A DNA stretch of 64,000 nucleotides, from NCBI RefSeq assembly GCF_009914755.1, contig NC_060926.1; one strand, written 5' to 3'. The notes under the pieces are model-generated. The model was given only the letters and a program-made list of their open reading frames with translations, did no database searches and was not told the DNA's origin. Shown here piece after piece: positions 54,945-64,000 of the stretch (positions are counted from its first letter, which is position 1; every line of letters starts with the position of its first letter). The stretch is from the human T2T-CHM13v2.0 reference genome, Homo sapiens. A program made the translations under genes and the position numbers.

Positions 54945-56068
54945 TGAGTTATTTGTAAATATAAAGAAGTATAATTTAGTCAGTCATTTAACAAAGAATA
55001 AACCATCTTATCTTTATTTGTTCTGTTACACCCTGCATAGTGAAGAGATATAAAGTGAAATTAGATCATTTTCAATGTGTTGTTTGAAGTCAAAATAAAA
55101 TGCAGTATCATACTTGCACTGTTAGGAAATACTTTTTGTTATTGCTCCTGCTGCAGCTTCACATCATTTCTTTTCTTTGTGTTTCAAATTGAACTGTTTT
55201 GCGGGCCTTGAGTCAGTATAACAATATTTTTTGAAAAAATTCTAGATTAACACCTGCAAAATACAGGAGAGGCAAACAAGAGGACCAAACAAGAGTAAGT
55301 GTATTAAGGAGTTAGCAATTTAATTTATTTTATTATTTTATATGTTTCTCCATAGTCTGAGCCTGCCTAATAAAATTACTCCTGAATTTCTGCACTTTAA
55401 GAATCTAGTATTATTTAAATCTCAGTTTTCTGTCTCAATAACTGACTGAAATGAAGAAAAAATCTGGTCCCACTCTTTTTATATCTATTTTGAAAGTTTA
55501 AGTACGATAAATTTCACAGGAAAAAAAAATTGGCAAAAATAAAACAATATTTTGAGACATCCTGCTATTTTTCAGAAAGTTCTTAGGCAATCTCCCAGTT
55601 AAAGAAGTTGCTCTAGAAGAACTCATACCAATATTCCTACCTGACCACATCTTCAAAATGTCCTTCTTTTATCCCGCCACATGTGATAAAATCACCTCAA
55701 AATTTAATATTAGAGGATGAGTTCCTTTTGTTCAATTTCCAAGTGTCCTAACTGCAATTCTATCCCATTTGTGGGTAGCAGAATGAGGACACGAACGCTG
55801 CCCCGTTCCCCACACTCGCTCTTCCGCCTCTCCTTGCACAGAGCTCTATAATAAATGAGGAATGCACAATCAGGCCTGGGGTTCCCATCTGCTTGTGATT
55901 ACCTCTATGCACTTGCCTGGAAGACAACACTGGAAAGTCACTGAAAAGCAGGGCAATTTCTTCGTCATTAGTTTGTAAGAATCGTGGCTGCCCTGATATG
56001 ATTTAGAACATGAACACCATGACCTAAATGTTCTCAGAGGGTAATAGTCTCACTGCTCTGTCCCTTTT

Positions 56069-56096
56069 GGGGAACTCCCGGGTTATTTTCCGAGAA
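56069..56096. promoter_or_regulatory. Adjacent NF-kB-type and STAT GAS-type motifs
   Basis: GGGAACTCCC at 56070-56079; TTCCGAGAA at 56088-56096. Confidence 0.35.
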
Positions 56097-57631
56097 AGAG
56101 TGAATGCTTCTGAAAGGTAATAGTTCAAAGTACAAGCTTTAGTACACATCTGAACTCTTGAATGCATGTCAAGCTAACCTAAAAAATTGAGAAGTTCTAT
56201 CATATCCTATTAGTGAACACTGATCATGTCTGACACTACTGAGGAGAGAGTTAAAGTTTAGAGACTTCCAGGAGGTGATGTCCATACACTGGCAGAGATA
56301 TCACACAAGCTGGTCTCTGCAAGGACAGGTCTCCCAGGTGAGGGTGGGAGGCAGAAGCTGCAGGTGCACGAGCCAGAGGAGCAGTATGAGCTCATATCCT
56401 AAGAAAAATGGCTCAGGTTAAAATTGGAGACATGCATTTGAACATATCATCTAGGTAAGGAGATCCTGGGGTAGGAAACAGGACCTGGAAAAAAGAGAGA
56501 GAAAAGTAGGGAGTTCAGGAAAATTGCATCAACAGGATTATATCCATCCTCAGTGGTGTACAGTGTGGATGGGCCAGATTTATTTAGAGGTTCATGGCTG
56601 GAGTTGAACTTGCCCCAAGAGACCCTCTCCGCCATCAGGGCTGAGTTAACCTAATCCGGAGTACACTCCTAAATCAGAGATGCATTCTTACACTGTTATT
56701 GAGGCTGTGTTCTTACTGGGTCCTGGATGAATGGGATCCAAGGAACTATTTCGAGCATATTCCAGCTGCCTCCAAGAAGCAGATGTGAATTACTGGGTTC
56801 TATCAGAATTGGTAGGGTTTCAGCAGTGAGGCCAGGGGCTGGTAAACCACAGTTGCGATGCACATGAGGAAAAGCGATGGAGTCAGCTGCCACAGGTACA
56901 TCACCCTCATTCTTGGCCCCCAGCACGTAGTGTCTGTGTGTCAGAAGAAAGAGGTCACAGAGCCTTTAGGGTGACCTGAAATTCTAGCAATTGCCAGAGT
57001 AATGGTGAAACCAGGAGGTACAGAAAGAAGTGGAAGGGATACCCAAGAGACTAAAAAGCAGTGGAGTTTCATGTGTGAAATCCACAAGGGCTGCTGAGTG
57101 GACCAGTCATGTGACCTTTAAAATATATAGTTTTGAATGTATTCCTCTCAGATCAGGTTGATAGGCTTGCTCTGGTCCTTTGTCTGCAAATTTTGGAAAG
57201 GTGAATGGAAGCATAAATAAACAGCATCCTCCAAACTGGGATGTAAGTGGTCCCCGGCTGTCTTAGGATCCAGGAGGTTTCCTAGATGTACAGAGCATCA
57301 GGATATGGTGCCCCTGGAGGGAAGGATTGGAGTAGGGAACAAGCCTTCATTTGATTTGTTATGGAAGATGCCTGCATCAGGGAAGGCTAGGACATGAGGT
57401 GGCAAAAATGATGCCAAGATCTGAATGGCTTAAAAGAACAGAGTTCATTTCTCATGCAGGCTGTATGTCCTTTGGGGGTTAGCTGGGGCACAGGAAGAGG
57501 CACTGTACTTCATTCATTCTCATTCAAGGACCAAGACCAAGGGAGATTTCCTCTGTGTGCTGCTACACTCGCCATGGCAAGAATAGGAGAATGTGGCAAA
57601 TCATGCACCAGCCCTTAAAACTTCAGCCCAT

Positions 57632-57930
57632 GGCCGGGTGCAGTGGCTCACGCCTATAATCCCAGCACTTTGGGAGGCCGAGGTAGGAGGATCACCTGAG
57701 GTGAGGAGTTCAAGACCAACCAGGCCAACATGGTGAAACCTCACCTCTACTAAAAATACAAAAATTAGCCAGGCACGGTGGCAGGTGCCTGTAATCCCAG
57801 CTACTCAGGAGGCTGAGGCAGGAGAATTACTTGAACCCAGGAGGCAGAGGTTGCAGTGAGCCGAGATCATGCCATTGCACTACAGCCTAGGCAACAAGAG
57901 TGAAACTGCATCTCAAAAAAAAAAAAGAAA
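57632..57930 (+). mobile_element. AluSq-like, inserted in an old MLT1-like LTR
   Basis: GGCAACAAGAGTGAAACT; TSD AAAACTTCAGCCCA at 57617-57630 and 57931-57944. Confidence 0.93.
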
Positions 57931-58259
57931 AAAACTTCAGCCCACAGGGGATATTTGTCATTCCTGCTCATATTTCATTAGCCACAGCATGGTCATGTGG
58001 CCCTATGGGGGCAGTGAAGTACAATATTTCCACTTGTCCAAAGGGAGGGCTAAAAATATTTCATAAACAGCACAAATGACTACCAAAATGCATACTTCAT
58101 TAGGATGGCTCTTGGTGGGGGCAGGGGGCTCTGAAATTATAGTGTGGCTGAACAGTTCAGTAATTCAACAGACAAGAGACAGCAACTAAGGCGTTGCCAC
58201 CCTCACCTGACCTCAGTACTCTCCTCGACCTGGGAATAGATTTTAAGTATCAATTTCCA

Positions 58260-58723
58260 TGATAAGCTGAATAATGCCACCTCCAGATATGTCCACGTCC
58301 TAATGCACAGAATCTGTGACTATGTTACCTTATATGGCAAAATGGACTTTGTATGGGGTGATTAAGGATCTTGAGACAGAGAGGTTATGCTGAATTATCC
58401 AGGTGGGCCCCATGTAATCACAAAAGCCCTTAGAAGAGGGAGACAGGACTGTGAGTCAGAGAAGGAGATGTGATGACAGAGTCGGAATAAGAGAGAAATT
58501 GAGAGATGCTGCACTGCTGGCTTTGAAGAGGGAGGAAAAGGTTAGAATCCAAAGAAGGCAGATAGTCTTTAAAACCTGGAAAATGTAAGAAAATAGATTC
58601 TTGAATAGAGCCTCCTGAAAGAACATAGTCCTGCCTACACCTTGATTTTAGTAGTTACAGCATTTCAGACTCCTGAACTCCAGAACTACAATTTGTTCCA
58701 GTAGCAATTGGAAATGAATACAA
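58260..58723 (+). mobile_element. MLT1D LTR
   Basis: GATATGTCCACGTCCTAAT...ATGTTACCTTATATGGCAAAA...ATTATCCAGGTGGGCCC. Confidence 0.85.
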
Positions 58724-59310
58724 TGTCCCAGAAAATGTGATGTAAGATGTAGAGGATCAGATGACAGTCAGAGCCTGGAATGCGCAAGGTTAGATGACCT
58801 GAAGCTTTATTGCAAAGATGCAGCATCCATATATGATAAGTATGAGTTTCATTCCCAGCGCTCAAACCTATTGACCTGGGAGAGCAAGCAGCTCCAACTC
58901 CAAAGGTAGTTCCAACAGGAAAAGTTATGTTTGAAATGAATAAAACACAACCTCAAATGTGCAATAAAACATGCCTTTCTTCCTCCTAACCTTCCCCTCT
59001 TCACATTTTCTCCTCTCAGCCTCAATTCCTTTCCATTTTAGTTGAGCCCAGCAGCAGAAGCCAAAGCTGATCAGGGTGCTTCCATTATTCAAACACCTTC
59101 AACTGCAGACTATTGCATAGTTTCAGCATTGGAGAGGATATTTTAAAAGTAATAGGGCCAACCACACATCCAAAACTTAAATCTGCTCCAAGATTAATAG
59201 CCAAACACCTCTGATGAGTGGGAACTCCCTGCTTCTCAAGATAGTCTTGAGTGGCTTGATAGAAATCTCACCTTCAGATTAGTTCGTTTTCATGCTGCAG
59301 TAATGAGCTT

Positions 59311-59608
59311 TTTTAATTATTATTATACTTTAAGTTTTAGGGTACATGTGCACAACATGCAGGTTTGTTACATATGTATACATGTGCCATGTTGGTGTGC
59401 TGCACCCATTAACTTGTCATTTAGCATTAGGTATATCTCCTAATGCTATCCCTCCCCCGTCACCCCACCCCACAACAGTCCCCAGTGTGTGATATTCCCC
59501 TTCCTGTGTCCACATGTTCTCATTGTTCAATTCCCACCTATGAGTGAGAACATGCGGTGTTTGGTTTTTTGTCCTTGCGATAGTTTGCTGAGAATGATGA
59601 TTTCCAGC
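59311..59608 (-). mobile_element. L1PA3/4-like 3' fragment
   Basis: TTATACTTTAAGTTTTAGGGTACATGTGCAC; TSD TAATGAGCTT at 59301-59310 and 59609-59618. Confidence 0.93.
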
Positions 59609-59935
59609 TAATGAGCTTCTTTTGATGAAGTGGATGGAAGAAGACTGAGACCTAGACATCTCCCAGGTACTAGAGTTCCCTATAAAAATAACCTACAGCA
59701 CAGGTACCAGGATAATGAAGGGAAGGGAGGAGAAAACAGACCCTAGGAAGTAAGAAGTGTAGCATATCCCAGGAAAAAACAAGTCAGAATTGCTCTTGAC
59801 CTGCTCCAGTGTGTTTCTTCATAACGGTGTAGGATCAAAGAGGCTACCTTTCAAAAATGTGTCCTAGAATAAATCAGCCCCATTGTTAAGTTATCTCATA
59901 TGCAATAACATAGCAGCCAAAAGACTTTGAAGTAA

Positions 59936-60806
<871 letters not shown>

Positions 60807-61021
60807 CTGGTCTTTCTGCTTGCACTGTTGCCCTTCTCCTAAAAAGTTATCATTTTAAAACACGAGCTGCATCATGTCATTCCTTTGCTCAACACACTCT
60901 AGTGGCTTCTCCTCTCACCAAGACTCCTAACAACGACATATGGTCCCTATCTCAACCTTATTTAACCAATCACAACTTTATAGAAAAAATGTTTTAATTG
61001 TCATTAAATGAAAGCACATAT

Positions 61022-61387
61022 TGATATGGTTTGGTTATGTCCCTACCCAAATCTCATCTTGATTTGTAACACCCACAATTCCCATGTGTCATAGGAGGAG
61101 CCCAGTGGGAGGTAATTGAATCATGGGGGCAGGTCTTTCCTGTACTGTTCTCCCGATACTGAATAAGTCTGAGATCTGATGGCTTTAAAGATGGGAGTTT
61201 CCCTGCACAAGCTCTCTTTTTGCCTGCTGCCATCCACGGAAGATGTGACTTGCTCCTCCTTGCCTTCCACCATGATTGTGAGGCCTCCGCAGCCATGTGG
61301 AACTATAAGTCCAATAAATCTCTTTCTTTCGTAAATTGCCCAGTCCCAGGTGTGTCTTTATCAGCAGCATGAGAACAGACTAATACA
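61022..61387 (+). mobile_element. THE1B-like solo LTR, complete
   Basis: TGATATGGTTTGG...CTAATACA; 5-bp TSD CATAT at 61017-61021 and 61388-61392. Confidence 0.93.
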
Positions 61388-61653
61388 CATATTATGCAAC
61401 ATACCTAAATATATAATTTCAAAACATATTAATATAATGGCCTGAGGAATAAAAGAAAAACATTTGTAATAAAATAAATTTCACTTTCAAAATACTCAAG
61501 CACAACTACAACAGAAGACAAAATAAAGTAGTCAGAAGGTTGCATCCATATGTAGAACCACCAAAAACAAAAACAGACATATTTAGATGGCAACTGACAA
61601 ACTGGCAAAAGACAAATGGATTGCCATCAGTGACATGATTTTTCCTCTATGGT

Positions 61654-62790
61654 TGTGCCAGTTAGTAGTTCATTGCCTTTCAGTTCTAAATGTATCCTTC
61701 ATTGCCTGCTCCATGAAAATAGAGCTGAGTTCTTTAAATATTTTTTCTTTTTATAATGTTAACCTATGTCAGTAGAGGGTGCAGGAGGTAAGAGATTTCC
61801 TTCCTGGTTCCCTTGCACTACTCTGCAAGATCCTGTAGTGTTTTGGCTTTTACAGCACGTAGTTCTTGCAGCATGGGCAGCTTCTTCAGTGCCAGCTTCG
61901 TGTAGCATGACTGCTTCTCTGGGGTCCAGATCCTGCAGTGCATGCAGTTTCTTCATCACCCAACTCCTGAAGTGCCTGTAGCTCCTCCAGTACCAGACTC
62001 CTGCAGCATGACCGCTTCTTGAGCGTCTAGCTCTGTAATTAATAGTGGTCAGCAGCACCTAGCAGCCAATAGTTCCTTCAGCACACCCTTCACTCAGTGT
62101 GTGTGTCTGTGTGTGTGTGTGTAAAGTTGGGGTCTCACTCTGTCACCCATGCTGTATTCCAGTGATGTGATCATAGCTCACTGCAGCCTCCAACTGCTGG
62201 GCTCAATTCTCCTGCCTCAGCCTCCCAAGCTGGTAGGACTACAGCTGTGTGCCATCACACAGGACTTCTTTTAGTTTTTGTAGAGAGGAGGTTTCATTAT
62301 GTTGCTCAGACTGGTCTCAAACTCTTGGCCTAAAAGGATCCTCCTGTCTCAGCTCCCCTCAAGTGCTGGTATCCTGGGGACAAGCTACTGTACCCCGCCC
62401 TCTCACTCATTTTATAGTCGATCATTTCTGAGAAACATTTCCCAATGACTGGCTTTCCCTATCACCTGATTTTTTTTAATGTCCCAAGGGGTGGATTTTC
62501 AGTGCTGAATCCCAACAACTTCTTTACCATCTAATGGGCCATGGCCATGCCCTCTCCAACAAGTACTGGCTCTCAGCATGCATCCAACCTGGGTGGGTGG
62601 GTCTTCCTTGCGTGGTCTCCCTCAGCCGTAGGGATAGTGGTAATCATATCTGTCATTCCTGTATTCTTTAAGATTCTCTTCCTACTAATCTGTCCCTTAT
62701 TATTCTAATTCTATGTTATCATTAATAATAAATTATATTAAATTTTTCCTGCTTAAATTACCATGTGATTTATTTCTGATTAGATTCTGG
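61654..62790 (+). mobile_element. LTR50/LTR41-like ERVL LTR interrupted by an AluJ
   Basis: TGTGCCAGTTAGTAGTTCATTGCCTTTCAGTTCTAAAT...GTCAGTAGAGGG. Confidence 0.55.
62097..62400 (-). mobile_element. AluJ whose tail is a (CA)n repeat
   Basis: GATCATAGCTCACTGCAGCCTC; (TG)n at 62097-62122 in the tail position; flanking TCACTCA. Confidence 0.85.
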
Positions 62791-63479
62791 CATGTACAAT
62801 TGTGAATAACTCTTAGTTAAGTTTCTGAGAAAATAAAACCATTTTCTTTTATATGCATAGTAGTTGCATTCCTAAGAAATTCCATAATTATAAAATACTA
62901 CCAAAAAAACCCCCTTTGTGTTTATATGTAAAATACAGTTAGGTTCTAGACTCAGAAAACTTTAGTTTTTCACCTGCATTCAGGGATTCCACTTATAGCT
63001 GTATAGACTGTGCTCGACACAATCTCATGGAGCCACCACGCCCAGCTGATCCCTATCAATGATGCTTCCCAAAGATTCTGCCATCCACATCTGCACAATT
63101 ATATGTAGCATCTCTATAATACACAAATACTCATCCATATATGTGAAAGTTACATGAGATATAAGACAATTCTTCACTGCAGGACTGTCCCACCTATTGC
63201 AGTACATCTAGCGTCCCTATTCTCCACTCATGATGACAATAGCACACCCCAATCATTCTGACAACCAAAAATCCTCCACAAATTTACAAATTGCCCCTCT
63301 GGGAACAACAGCCAACCAGCCAACACGTGCTTCTTTTTTTAATTTTAATTTTTTTGTACCGTGATCATAACACTTAACGTGAAGTCTACCCTCTTAACAC
63401 ATTTTGAAGTACACAGTACAACAATGGTAGGCACAAAGTTCTACAGCAGATCTCTATAATTTATTTATCAGGTCTCATC

Positions 63480-63915
63480 TTTTAAACTCTCATTTTTGCT
63501 TGGATTATACCAATCTTCTTGGGATTTTTTTAAACAGTCCATGTTCTCTCCTTCCTCAAGAGTCTTGACAACTTACTGTTTCTCTGCATGGAACAGTTTT
63601 AGCCTTAATCTCCAAACATTCCTTCACTCCTTCAAATCCCTGCTCAAACATTACCTTATCAAAGCTATATAAATTAGTAATTCTATATCCGTACCAGCAC
63701 TTCTTTTCCCTCTTATTTTGCTTTATTTTTTAACATCATGATCACTGTCTACAGCGGCATTTATATTTGATGTATTTATTTTCCGTAAACCCTCACTAGC
63801 ACTTAAGTTTCATGAGGCCAGGGACTTGACTGTTATGTTCACTATGGTATCCTCAGCACCTAGAACAGTGCTGTACTTGTGCGAGGAGCCCAATAATTAT
63901 TTGTACAATGAATAA
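63480..63915 (+). mobile_element. L2 3' fragment
   Basis: GTTCACTATGGTATCCTCAGCACCTAGAACAGTGC...CAATAATTATTTG. Confidence 0.75.
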
Positions 63916-64000
63916 TGACACATGCTCATAACACTCATAATAACACATGCTCAGTAGCAACCCTTTTTCCATTTATTCATGTCAATAAATTCACTCACTT

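Noticed and set aside
59220-59229. Second GGGAACTCCC kB-like site
   Set aside because: Isolated 10-mer without supporting motifs or CpG retention.

Overview
Great-ape (most likely human) non-coding genomic DNA, AT-rich and intergenic or deep intronic. No protein-coding exon, tRNA, rRNA or snRNA could be supported; the listed ORFs map to Alu, L1, SVA, LTR or tandem-repeat sequence, or look random. The window is a mosaic of mobile elements: about 14 Alus (most with readable target-site duplications, TSDs), L1PA/PB/M fragments, L2, L3, MIR, MaLR/ERVL LTRs and DNA-transposon fossils. Two features stand out. The first is a full-length SVA (D-like) at 38681-40584. The second, about 670 bp downstream, is a 4.4-kb compound AT-rich minisatellite (about 41250-45627) that expanded inside a MIR; it has two sub-arrays, ordered variant blocks and fold-back palindromes. 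Smaller items are two ultra-short L1 insertions with TSDs, local tandem duplications, a Z-DNA-type tract and a few candidate enhancer motif clusters. Subfamily calls are by eye from remembered consensus sequences, and boundaries of old elements are approximate.
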